NCBI GenBank assembly: GCA_964408475.1
Contig: CAYOZM010000001.1
Coordinates: forward strand, 1 to 55,916
Direction: 5' to 3'
Length of the DNA stretch: 55,916 nt
Origin: an uncultured Candidatus Bathyarchaeia archaeon
GTDB lineage: Archaea; Thermoproteota; Bathyarchaeia; 40CM-2-53-6; CAYOZM01
The notes beneath the pieces are model-generated. The model worked only from the letters and a program-made list of their open reading frames with translations. It was not told the DNA's origin and made no database searches. This document shows, piece after piece, positions 34,903 to 43,879 of the stretch (position 1 is its first letter; each line of letters begins with the position of its first letter). The translations under genes were made by a program, and so were the position numbers.

Positions 34903-35412
34903 GTGATAACAGTCAGTCGACTTCTAGCATACGCGGCTCTCATGGAAGGTAAGTATGTCCAAGCTTTTCCTGAGTTCGGACCGGAGCGACTCGGCGCGCC
35001 GATCCGAGGGTTCACTAGGATAAGTGATCAGCCTATCGAGATCCACAGTCAAGTCTACACTCCAGACACTGTTGTAGTTCTCGACGGGACGCTTTTGAAG
35101 ACGGTTAACGTAGCGGAAGGACTTGTTCACGGAGGTAAGATTGTTATCAATACAAGAAAGGAACCGCTAGAGATCAAAAACGAACTTGGCCTCATGAAGG
35201 CCAGCGTCTACACCGTCAACGGCACTAAAATAGCTCTCGATATTCTTGGAAGGCCCGTAGCAAATACAGCTATGCTAGGAGCGCTACTGAAAGTTTCCCC
35301 GTTGACATCGCTTGATAGTTTGATTAAAGCAATGCTAGAACGTTTTCCAGGACCCTTAGGCACCAAGAATGAGAAGGTAATGAGAATCGCATATGAGGAG
35401 GTAAAAGGATAA
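34903..35412 (+). CDS. porG: Pyruvate/2-oxoacid:ferredoxin oxidoreductase gamma subunit
   Basis: LLAYAALMEGKYVQAFPEFGPERLGAPIRGFTRIS is the PorG core. The conserved N-terminal EIRWHGRAGQG is encoded upstream of the GTG at 34903, so the true start is probably ATT 34858 or CTG 34861 (see findings). Confidence 0.9.
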   Translation: MITVSRLLAYAALMEGKYVQAFPEFGPERLGAPIRGFTRISDQPIEIHSQVYTPDTVVVLDGTLLKTVNVAEGLVHGGKIVINTRKEPLEIKNELGLMKASVYTVNGTKIALDILGRPVANTAMLGALLKVSPLTSLDSLIKAMLERFPGPLGTKNEKVMRIAYEEVKG

Positions 35413-35414
35413 CC

Positions 35415-35693
35415 TTGGAGAGAGAAAAACCAGGATGGAAATCTATTCCGATTGGAGGAAACTTGCTGGAGCCGGGTTCGTCGACGAAATATAAAACCGG
35501 CGATTGGCGAACCTTCAAGCCCGTAATTGACCTGAAGAAATGCACGAAATGCTTAATCTGCTGGATCGATTGCCCTGAGCCTTGCATTTTGAGGACTGAA
35601 ACTGGTGTGGAGATCGATTACGCGTACTGCAAGGGGTGCGGAATATGTGCAGTGGAATGTCCGGTGAAGGCGATTGCAATGGTGGAGGAGTAG
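35415..35693 (+). CDS. porD: Pyruvate/2-oxoacid:ferredoxin oxidoreductase delta subunit (2x[4Fe-4S])
   Basis: CTKCLICWIDCPEPC and CKGCGICAVECP cluster motifs. TTG start right after the porG stop. Confidence 0.9.
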   Translation: MEREKPGWKSIPIGGNLLEPGSSTKYKTGDWRTFKPVIDLKKCTKCLICWIDCPEPCILRTETGVEIDYAYCKGCGICAVECPVKAIAMVEE

Positions 35694-35696
35694 AGA

Positions 35697-36875
35697 ATGG
35701 AAAAAGTTGTCGGGTTGAATGGTGACGAAGTAGTCGCATATGCTGCCAAACAGAGCGGAGTAGATGTTGTAGCAGCATACCCCATCACACCACAGACGAT
35801 AATAGTTGAACTCTTCGCGAGGTACGTAGCCGATGGAGAAGTTCACGGCGAGTATGTCTGTGTAGAATCGGAGCACTCAGCGATGTCGGCTTGCTTAGGG
35901 GCGAGTCTCGCAGGTGCCCGGGTCTTCACGGCTACAGCGAGTCAGGGGCTTGCATTGATGCACGAAATGCTCTATATCGCGTCAGGCCTCCGCTGTCCGG
36001 TAGTTATGGCTGTAACGAACAGAGCTCTGTCCGCACCTATAAACATCCACGGCGATCACTCGGACATGATGGGGTCTAGAGACTGCGGTTGGATCCAAAT
36101 CTATGCAGAAAACGCTCAAGAGGCTTACGATTGGATGATACAGGCATTCAAGATAGCCGAAGCGCCTGAAGTTCTGCTACCAGTTAGCGTCAACTTGGAC
36201 GGGTTCACCATCAGCCACTCGATGGAAGGGGTCCACGTGCTTGAGGACGAGGATGTTGCTAGATTCCTGCCGCCAAGAAAAGCAGAAGTCACTTTGAACC
36301 CAGACAAGCCGATTACAGTCGGAGCACTCGTCCTGCCAGATTACTACTTCGAATTCAAGGCCCAGCAAGAAGATGCAATGAAGAGAGTTCCGCAAGCGTT
36401 TATACGTGTTGCAGAGTCCTACGCGAAGGTTTCTGGAAGAAATTACGGCATATTGAACGCTTACGGAATGGAGGATGCCGAGGCGGCGATACTTTGCTCA
36501 GGTAGCACCGCTGGAACAGCAAGAACCGTCGCGAAAGATCTCCGTGAAAAGGGTTTGAAAGTTGGAGTTGTAAAACTCTGGCTATACCGACCATTTCCTG
36601 TTGAGGAGATCATTTCTGCGATCAAAGGAGTGAAAGCACTGGCAGTGCTCGATCGGGCTTTGAGTTTTGGGGCGCCGTATAGCGCTCTCGCTGCTGATAC
36701 TATAGCCGCACTCTATCGGTCCAATATTGATATCAGAATTCTGAATGTTGTTTACGGACTTGGAGGTAGAGACGTTACTCCAGGTGATCTGAAGTCTATC
36801 TTCGAGGAAGTTATCGAGATCGCGAGGACGGGTAGGGTAATCACGCCGGTGAGATTCGTTGGGGTGAGAGAATAA
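35697..36875 (+). CDS. porA: Pyruvate/2-oxoacid:ferredoxin oxidoreductase alpha subunit
   Basis: GDEVVAYAAKQSGVDVVAAYPITPQT at the N-terminus. 392 aa. Confidence 0.9.
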   Translation: MEKVVGLNGDEVVAYAAKQSGVDVVAAYPITPQTIIVELFARYVADGEVHGEYVCVESEHSAMSACLGASLAGARVFTATASQGLALMHEMLYIASGLRCPVVMAVTNRALSAPINIHGDHSDMMGSRDCGWIQIYAENAQEAYDWMIQAFKIAEAPEVLLPVSVNLDGFTISHSMEGVHVLEDEDVARFLPPRKAEVTLNPDKPITVGALVLPDYYFEFKAQQEDAMKRVPQAFIRVAESYAKVSGRNYGILNAYGMEDAEAAILCSGSTAGTARTVAKDLREKGLKVGVVKLWLYRPFPVEEIISAIKGVKALAVLDRALSFGAPYSALAADTIAALYRSNIDIRILNVVYGLGGRDVTPGDLKSIFEEVIEIARTGRVITPVRFVGVRE

Positions 36876-37801
36876 TGGTAGCATTAAGAGATCTTCCGAC
36901 AGAAGAGCCTCGGGCTCCTGGGCACCGCCTCTGTGCCGGTTGCGGCCCTGCCATAGTCTCAAGAATGGCTATGAAAGCTTTGAGAGGGCCCACCGTACTA
37001 ACAAATGCAACAGGATGCCTTGAGGTAGGGACTACTATTTACCCATTAACATCTTGGCGAATTCCTTGGGTACACGTAGCCTTTGAGAACGCTGCTGCTG
37101 TAGCTAGCGGTATAGAAGCGGCTTACAAGGCGATGGCAAGAAGGGGGGGATGGAGCAAGAAGGTTGATGTGATAGCTTTCGGCGGGGACGGCGGAACCTT
37201 CGACATAGGGATACAAGCGCTTTCCGGAGCGCTAGAAAGGATGCACGACTTCGTATACATCTGTTACGACAATGAGGCGTACATGAATACTGGCATTCAA
37301 AGATCCGGTGCGACTCCACGGGGTGCATCAACTACAACAAGCCCTGCTGGAAAGAAGATCCCTGGAAAAGTTGAATGGAAGAAGAACTTGGCGGCTATTT
37401 GCGCAGCCCATGGAATCGACTACGTGGCAACGGCTTCCCCAGCGTTCATGTTAGACTACATATCGAAGGTTCGAAAAGCGATAGAGGTAGACGGCCCAGC
37501 AGTTATCCATGTGATTTCACCCTGCCCGCTTGGCTGGCGTTCAGACCCTGCGAGTACAATAAAGATAGCTAGACTAGCGGTGCAAACTGCTTACTTCCCA
37601 ATATACGAAATCGAAAAAGGAAAGTACAGACTGAATTTGAAGGTGCCGAAACCATTACCGATCGAAGAGTTCCTCAAGACTCAAGGGAGGTTCGCTCATC
37701 TCTTCGAACCTGAGTTCCGAGCTGAGATAGACGCAATTCAGCAGCATGTGAATGAAGAATGGAGCAATCTGCTTCAACTTTGCGGAGAAGCAAAAGCCTA
37801 A
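36875..37801 (+). CDS. porB: Pyruvate/2-oxoacid:ferredoxin oxidoreductase beta subunit (TPP-binding)
   Basis: CAGCGP, GDGGTFDIG, and YDNEAYMNTGIQRSG (TPP motif). The start overlaps the porA stop (TAATG). Confidence 0.9.
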   Translation: MVALRDLPTEEPRAPGHRLCAGCGPAIVSRMAMKALRGPTVLTNATGCLEVGTTIYPLTSWRIPWVHVAFENAAAVASGIEAAYKAMARRGGWSKKVDVIAFGGDGGTFDIGIQALSGALERMHDFVYICYDNEAYMNTGIQRSGATPRGASTTTSPAGKKIPGKVEWKKNLAAICAAHGIDYVATASPAFMLDYISKVRKAIEVDGPAVIHVISPCPLGWRSDPASTIKIARLAVQTAYFPIYEIEKGKYRLNLKVPKPLPIEEFLKTQGRFAHLFEPEFRAEIDAIQQHVNEEWSNLLQLCGEAKA

Positions 37802-37828
37802 GTCAATAGGTATTCTTGAGGAAACTAG

Positions 37829-38341
37829 ATGACTGCAAAGAAAATAGTGGCAGTATTCTTAACCTGCATAATTCTATTCCTTCTAGTCTATCCTTCAATA
37901 GGCTCCGGAACTCTACAGCTGAGGGTTAAGAATACACCTGTTAAAACCGAACAGACAGTGGAGCGGATCTACGTCACCTACAGGCTTGTTACGGCACATC
38001 CATCAAACATGGCAAACGATTCGGGGTGGAGAGTGGTCGCAAATGAGACCAGAAGACTCGAGCTGGTAGCGTTAACCAATACGACTGAACTGTTCGTGCA
38101 ATCTCGCCTAGCCGCTGGAGAATACGACAAGATAAAGATCCAAATCACTAACGCATCAGCGATAGTCAACGGGACCGAAGTCAAGTTAGAAGCGCCTCCG
38201 AGAGACGTCACGATCGTCGTCGAATTTACTTTGCGGATAGACAGAGAAACGATTGTTCTCTTGGACTTTCAGAGTAATTACCATGAAATCGTAACTCTGA
38301 AGCGTCTATTGCCGGTTGTCAACGCAACTGTCGTTCGGTAG
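37829..38341 (+). CDS. Secreted/membrane-anchored beta-sandwich protein (DUF4382-like impression)
   Basis: An N-terminal signal/anchor (VAVFLTCIILFLLVYP), then GTLQLRVKNTPV...GEYDKIKIQITNA...VLLDFQ as in DUF4382-type proteins. Confidence 0.45.
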   Translation: MTAKKIVAVFLTCIILFLLVYPSIGSGTLQLRVKNTPVKTEQTVERIYVTYRLVTAHPSNMANDSGWRVVANETRRLELVALTNTTELFVQSRLAAGEYDKIKIQITNASAIVNGTEVKLEAPPRDVTIVVEFTLRIDRETIVLLDFQSNYHEIVTLKRLLPVVNATVVR

Positions 38342-38453
38342 CGTAGATCTTCCGGACAGGTTACTCGAAACAAGAGCTCTTCCAAGGAACTCGCGTCGAC
38401 CGAAATGCAGAAAAATGACAGCTGTGACAAACCTTAGGAGGAGATCAAATTTC

Positions 38454-38990
38454 ATGTGCATAGTAGGCAAGAGCGAACTCGTTGAGTTGATTCAAAAGTA
38501 TAAGTGCATACACCCTTTCGACTACGAACTATTGGACGGGGATGGATATGTACTGACGGTCAAGGAGGAGACTACCCTCCACTACCTTGAACATAAGAAC
38601 CTAGTATCCTACGAGATAGTCTTCACTCCTCCCAACATGGTGGCGCACCTAACAGCCAAGAGTAGGTATGGTCGCATGGGCCTTTCATTTCTCAATGCTG
38701 CAAAAGTCCATAGCGGATTCATCGGCAGGCTGGCTTTGGAGCTCGTCAACCTAAGCAATGACAGACAACCTATAACGATTAAGAGAGGCGACCCACTGAT
38801 GCATATAGAGTTCATAACTAGAGAGGGTGAACCTTCTCCTTACGCAGGGTCTTACATGTTTCAGTACATGAACTCAGAGGAAAAAGCACTCTACATAGGT
38901 CTATTAACCAGACATTTCAAAGGTCTGTTCGACAAGAGCCGTCTCGAAACAATGGCAAGGAAAAGCATCGAAGTCTCCGAAACCCGTTAG
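38454..38990 (+). CDS. dCTP deaminase/dUTPase-superfamily protein
   Basis: LTAKSRYGRMGLSFLNAAKVHSGFIGRLALELVNLSNDRQPITIKRGDPLMHIEF parallels the Dcd core (GRSSlgR...GfiD.GF.G.itLEl.N). ATG at 38454 follows TAGGAGGAG. The ORF-track N-extension from 38316 overlaps the previous gene. Confidence 0.75.
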   Translation: MCIVGKSELVELIQKYKCIHPFDYELLDGDGYVLTVKEETTLHYLEHKNLVSYEIVFTPPNMVAHLTAKSRYGRMGLSFLNAAKVHSGFIGRLALELVNLSNDRQPITIKRGDPLMHIEFITREGEPSPYAGSYMFQYMNSEEKALYIGLLTRHFKGLFDKSRLETMARKSIEVSETR

Positions 38991-39067
38991 ACTTGGAGCT
39001 CACTGCTTGCGGCTCACACCTTCAAAAGGCTCTTCTCGCTACTGGCAGATCGGGTCGTAGAAAAGCG

Positions 39068-39943
39068 CTATTTACTCTTGCGCCTTTGTATACGCGCGAA
39101 GATTGCAATAGCAAACAGCGCGATAACAATGCCGATCATAGTGACTTCACTGAAGCCTTGTCCCAGATCCAATGTTATGATATCACCTTTGGCGGTAGCG
39201 TGGCCTATCGCTGTTATTGTTGCTCTTGGATCTATCTGAGCGCGAACGTGTTTCGTTGCATTGTCTTCTTTGAACTTGACCAGAAGGTCCAGCGTGGGTT
39301 GAGCGCTGAACTTCCATGTGGTCGATTGGGTGCTGAAATTGTATGTTTTACTCCACTTCTCGATAGGTAGTTCAAAGCTGCTGAAGTCAAACAGAGTTGC
39401 GTTTCCCGCTTCATCTCTGGCCATAGGCAGGGTCATAGGCATTGTTCCGCGCTTGTAGAATATCGTTTCCGTTCTGTTTCCATACCTCTCCACCTGAGGT
39501 AGAATGCAGTTCTGTCCAACGAGGTTGAGACTTACATTGCCAACTCGAATGTCCTGCTCTATTGTGAAGGACTTCCACGTGCAGTTGATATCGAGAACGT
39601 CCCCCTTTCTGGATTGTACACCCACCACCTCAAGTCGGACTGACACGTTCATCCAGCCGGTGTTCGACGTCACATTCATCGAGAGCTCCTTAACTGAAGC
39701 TTGCTGACACTTGGCTCTCAAAGCACTCTCAAGTTTATTCGAGGCGTCGGTCAAGTTTTCGCCTGACAGGCTCAAGCTTAACGCAGGGAAATCAGTCATG
39801 TTCTGGTAGATTGAAGATTCGATCTTTACCATCACGCCATCCGTTTGAATCTGAATCGAGACTTCACTTGCCTCCGCGGGAGCTATTTCGTACACGAAAA
39901 ATATCATAAGCAACACAAGAGCTGCCGCAATGATTCTACTCAA
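39068..39943 (-). CDS. Predicted surface glycoprotein (signal peptide, C-terminal TM anchor)
   Basis: N-terminal signal (AAALVLLMIFFVYEIAPAEA), C-terminal TM plus RIQRRKSK. I count ten N-x-S/T sequons in 291 aa. Confidence 0.55.
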   Translation of the reverse strand: MSRIIAAALVLLMIFFVYEIAPAEASEVSIQIQTDGVMVKIESSIYQNMTDFPALSLSLSGENLTDASNKLESALRAKCQQASVKELSMNVTSNTGWMNVSVRLEVVGVQSRKGDVLDINCTWKSFTIEQDIRVGNVSLNLVGQNCILPQVERYGNRTETIFYKRGTMPMTLPMARDEAGNATLFDFSSFELPIEKWSKTYNFSTQSTTWKFSAQPTLDLLVKFKEDNATKHVRAQIDPRATITAIGHATAKGDIITLDLGQGFSEVTMIGIVIALFAIAIFARIQRRKSK

Positions 39944-40055
39944 CGTTCAAACGCCGACCTCAGCTTATCCATTTCCATTTTTGGGCTAGTTCAGTCATTG
40001 GTCGTAACCAGAAACGAAGCTATCTATTTAATACTAGTGATTTGCTTTCCGCTCG

Positions 40056-40385
40056 TTATCGAACTTTCGTTCCTGACGGAACTTCTTCCGGAACTGTAAG
40101 CCAAACAGGCTTTCCGGCCAAGTCGGCTGCCAAAAGCATGCCTTTTGACTCTATTCCCGCTATCACTTTCGGCGTCAAGTTAACCAAGACTACCACAAGT
40201 TTGCCCAGAAAATATTCAGCAGGGTAAAATTCAGCGCCCCCTACCACGGTCTGGATCGTCTGTCCTCCTATGTCGACATTAACCTTAAGGATCTTCTTCA
40301 ACTGAGGTATTTTCTCAGCATTCACAATCTTCCCTATTCGAATATCCAACTTTTGAAAATCTGCAATCGTCAATGACATCGACAT
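40056..40385 (-). CDS. tRNA-binding domain protein (Trbp111/CsaA/MetRS-C-like)
   Basis: FQKLDIRIGKIVNAEKIP...LKVNVDIGG...VVGGAEFY...VVVLVNLTPKVIAGIESKGMLLAA. Confidence 0.85.
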   Translation of the reverse strand: MSMSLTIADFQKLDIRIGKIVNAEKIPQLKKILKVNVDIGGQTIQTVVGGAEFYPAEYFLGKLVVVLVNLTPKVIAGIESKGMLLAADLAGKPVWLTVPEEVPSGTKVR

Positions 40386-40493
40386 CTCACCAGTGAAGCT
40401 ATGTGTTACTCTCTGGCTGCTTCAAAAAGTTTTTGCACAATGTTGCGAAAACGTGAGATAAGCGTTGGCCACGGTCTTAAGCTCTAAGATTCA

Positions 40494-40500
40494 TTTATAT
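40494..40500 (+). promoter_or_regulatory. Candidate TATA box (TTTATAT) for the corrinoid activase gene
   Basis: It lies about 40 nt upstream of the ATG at 40540. Confidence 0.3.
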
Positions 40501-40539
40501 GTGCTCATAATAGTCTATGAGAAATGAGTTTGGGGCACG

Positions 40540-42432
40540 ATGCCGAAGAGTCTTCTAATTCTTCAGCCTGAAGGAAAACGTTTGAAGGTTGGTGTCGGCA
40601 AGACTATTCTTGATATCGCTCAAGAAGCTGGAGTTGACATTCAGTCGGTATGCGCGGGCAAAGGAATATGTGGAAAGTGCAGAGTAGTTGTTCGCGCTGG
40701 GTCGGAGTACCTATCTCAAGCTTCAAGGGTTGAAAGAGTAGTCTTCTCAGATGACGAATTAGAGAAAGGTTACAGGTTGGCCTGTAGAGCGATCATCGGA
40801 AAATCGGGAACGATCACAGTTGAGGTTCCTCCTGAGAGCAGAGCGGGTCTACAGCGACTATTGGTGTCCGGTGTCGAGACGAGAGTTGAGTTCGAACCTG
40901 CTGTGCGAAAATATATGGTTGAAGTTAGAAGACCGACTCTTGAGGAGCCGAGGTCAGACATGGATAGGCTATTGGATGCGTTGTCTAGACGTAGAGAAAT
41001 ACGTATTGAAAGGATCTGCTTGGGCGCTTTGAGACGCGCACCTCATGCGGTCAGGAGTGCGGAGCCTAACGTCACGATCACCGTCTGGAACAACAAGGAA
41101 GTAATTTCGGTTGAAGCGGGAAACAAGCAGACAAAGCTATACGGCTTCGCCGTCGATGTCGGCACTACGAAGTTGGCTGGATATCTTGTGGACCTAGACC
41201 TCGGAACGATCGTCGCAGCAGTGTCCTCTACGAACCCTCAAATACCATACGGAGAAGACGTAATTTCAAGAATGTCTTTCATCATGAAGGACCTGAAAGG
41301 GTTAAGCCAACTACAGACTTTGATCATCAAGGAAGTAGACAAGCTTATCCTTGAGGCATGTAAACACGCTCATGTTACACCCGATCAAGTGCATGAAGTC
41401 ACAGTAGTCGGCAACAGCGCGATGCACCATATCTTCTTCGGCATATATCCAGGATACGTTGCTCTCGCACCATACCCCACAGTTCTGCGAGATCCAATTG
41501 ACGTAAAAGCTAGTGAGCTTGGAGTAGACATCAATCCATGCGGCAACATTCATGGACTGCCGCTGATAGCCGGATTCGTTGGAGCTGATGCTGTGGCGGA
41601 CATCCTCGCGACCCAAATGTACGCTTTGGATGATATTGCGATGATGATAGATATTGGAACGAACACTGAGATTGTCATTGGTGATAAGAATAAGCTAACT
41701 GCCTGCTCTTGCGCTTCGGGCCCCGCCTTTGAAGGTGCTCACATCAAGAACGGTATGAGAGCGGCGACAGGAGCTATAGAACGGGTCTACATAGACCCCG
41801 ATACGTTCCAAGTCGGATACGAAACCGTCGACAATGCTAAACCTTCAGGCGTCTGCGGCTCCGGCGTCGTTGATGCTGTGGCTGAGATGTTAATGAGAAG
41901 AATTATTGATTCCTCAGGTAGGATCAAGACGGAGCTAGGCTTGCCTAACATAAGGGTGAAGGATAGGATACCAGAACTCGTCCTCGCTGGCGCGAGCGAA
42001 ACAGGGAGTGGCAATGAGATAGTGATAACCCAAGAAGATATTAGACAGATACAACTTGCTAAAGCCGCTATCTACTCTGGGATCTCAATCTTGATGAGGC
42101 GACTCGGAATTTCAGCCGCAGATATCTCAAAAATATTTCTCGCCGGCGCATTCGGCACATACGTGGATCCTCAAAGCGCACGAGTTATTGGGATGTATCC
42201 CGACATCCCACTGAGCCGAGTTCAATTCGTGGGCAATGCCGCTGGCTCGGGTGCTAGAATGGCTCTAATGTCGATTGAAATGAGGAGAAAAGCGGATGAG
42301 ATTTCAAAGAAAGTCGACTACATAGAACTCGGTGCTGATCCAAACTTTCAAAACGATTTTCTCAACGCGACCTATCTGCCCCACAAGAACATCGATTTGT
42401 TTCCAAGCGTAAGAAGGCTATTGCAGAATTGA
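40540..42432 (+). CDS. Corrinoid reductive activase (RACE/RamA-like): N-terminal [2Fe-2S] ferredoxin + ASKHA ATPase domain
   Basis: Plant-type ferredoxin motif CAGKGICGKCRV...C, then DVGTTK, DIGTNTE and CGSG/GNAAGSGA ASKHA-type phosphate motifs. 630 aa. Confidence 0.85.
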   Translation: MPKSLLILQPEGKRLKVGVGKTILDIAQEAGVDIQSVCAGKGICGKCRVVVRAGSEYLSQASRVERVVFSDDELEKGYRLACRAIIGKSGTITVEVPPESRAGLQRLLVSGVETRVEFEPAVRKYMVEVRRPTLEEPRSDMDRLLDALSRRREIRIERICLGALRRAPHAVRSAEPNVTITVWNNKEVISVEAGNKQTKLYGFAVDVGTTKLAGYLVDLDLGTIVAAVSSTNPQIPYGEDVISRMSFIMKDLKGLSQLQTLIIKEVDKLILEACKHAHVTPDQVHEVTVVGNSAMHHIFFGIYPGYVALAPYPTVLRDPIDVKASELGVDINPCGNIHGLPLIAGFVGADAVADILATQMYALDDIAMMIDIGTNTEIVIGDKNKLTACSCASGPAFEGAHIKNGMRAATGAIERVYIDPDTFQVGYETVDNAKPSGVCGSGVVDAVAEMLMRRIIDSSGRIKTELGLPNIRVKDRIPELVLAGASETGSGNEIVITQEDIRQIQLAKAAIYSGISILMRRLGISAADISKIFLAGAFGTYVDPQSARVIGMYPDIPLSRVQFVGNAAGSGARMALMSIEMRRKADEISKKVDYIELGADPNFQNDFLNATYLPHKNIDLFPSVRRLLQN

Positions 42433-42888
42433 AGATATTGACATGTTCCTTGAGAACGCGATTCGCGGGTATCGCCTGAAAATCTTAGATGAAGAACTAT
42501 CGTTAACTTTAGGCCTAATCCCGTATATCCCACCCCTATAGGCGTCTAGCGTGTCAGCCATAGAACAAGTTGGAAGCGCTCTTTCCGCTAACCCGATCGG
42601 CCCTCTAGAAAACGAAGCTCGTGCCTTTCACGCGAATGAGCTCTACAGCCATCACAATAAGAGCATACTAGGCGCACGATCTCAGCCTCTTCTGAGATTC
42701 TTACAAGTTGTTCTGGCATCACTACAGAAGATTCCTAATTACTATATCTCTTTGAACTACACAAGCTTGGGCTTGATTTGATGTACAGGTCTTCTCGTAC
42801 GCCAATTGTAACAGACTACTCCAAATGCTAACTCTTAAGAAACAGTTCCTTCAAATCCATAATCTTCAAACGGAAGAAGTGGTGACTT

Positions 42889-43266
42889 ATGAAGGAAGTG
42901 ATTATCTCTGACAAGGCGCCTAGGCCTGTTGGCCCATACTCTCAAGCAATCAAAGTTGGAAATCTGATATTTGTCGCGGGTCAAGCAGCAATCGATCCCA
43001 AAACTGGCGAAATCGTAAACGGAGGCATTAAGGAGCAAACGCAGCAGACGTTTAGGAATATAGAAGCAATTTTGAAGACTGCGGGTTTGACGCTTGAGCA
43101 CGTCGTCAAAGTTAGCGTTTTCCTAAAGAATATCAGCGACTACAAGATGATGAACGAGGTTTACGCCACGTTGTTCAAACGAGACCCACCTGCTAGGACG
43201 ACGGTGCAAGCAAATCTACCTCTAGAGGGCATACTGATAGAGGCGGATGCGGTAGCCGCGTTATAG
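42889..43266 (+). CDS. ridA: RidA/YjgF/L-PSP family reactive-intermediate deaminase
   Basis: APRPVGPYSQAIKVGNLIFVAGQ...PARTTVQANLPLEGILIEADAVA. Confidence 0.9.
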   Translation: MKEVIISDKAPRPVGPYSQAIKVGNLIFVAGQAAIDPKTGEIVNGGIKEQTQQTFRNIEAILKTAGLTLEHVVKVSVFLKNISDYKMMNEVYATLFKRDPPARTTVQANLPLEGILIEADAVAAL

Positions 43267-43466
43267 TGCGAGGATGCCATATTTCCAACAGTCTGCATTA
43301 GAGGGTACGCTAGCGATATAGGTCTCAAGATTACATGGACCGCGAACAGGGTCGCCAACGTTACTGCACCTTATGCTACGGGAGAAATTGATTTTTGTAA
43401 TCTGACTGAAGGGTTGCCGCTAGGACTACGGCCGCGTCCGAGAGCGAAGCGCAGATAGTTCCGAGA

Positions 43467-43760
43467 TCACTTTCCTTTCTCTTGGCCAGAAGAACGCTTC
43501 ACAATTTCCTCGGAGAGTTGTTCAGCAGTCTTTCCTTGAACATCTATTCCAAGTTTTCGAGCAGTTTCCTGTAGGATCTGCTTTTCACTCTCAGTCTTGG
43601 GCTTTGGGGGTTCTTCTGCGATAGGTTCGGAAGAGGCTTTTCGGTACTCCCTGATTGTTTCCCCAATTGCCTTCGCAAGTTGAGGAAGCTTTCTGCCCCC
43701 AAAGAGGATAAGGACTATAACCAGAATTAGAGCTATCTCCCAAGGACCTATGAACGGCAT
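43467..43760 (-). CDS. tatA: Twin-arginine translocase subunit TatA/E
   Basis: MPFIGPWEIALILVIVLILFGGRKLPQLAKAIGETIREYRKA. The ORF track extends 11 codons upstream to 43793. Confidence 0.85.
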   Translation of the reverse strand: MPFIGPWEIALILVIVLILFGGRKLPQLAKAIGETIREYRKASSEPIAEEPPKPKTESEKQILQETARKLGIDVQGKTAEQLSEEIVKRSSGQEKGK

Positions 43761-43879
43761 CCATACCACTGCATTAGCTGTTTTCCTCTTCATTCTTCTT
43801 AAGTTTTCCTAAAGGTTAACCATGATCATTTGAAGTTCGAATTTGCAGGGCCGTTGAGCCTTATCGGACAGAATTGATG

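Noticed and set aside
38316-38453. N-terminal extension of the dCTP-deaminase-like ORF
   Set aside because: It overlaps the end of the preceding gene and is Arg/Ser-rich. It also precedes a strong TAGGAGGAG site that serves the ATG at 38454.
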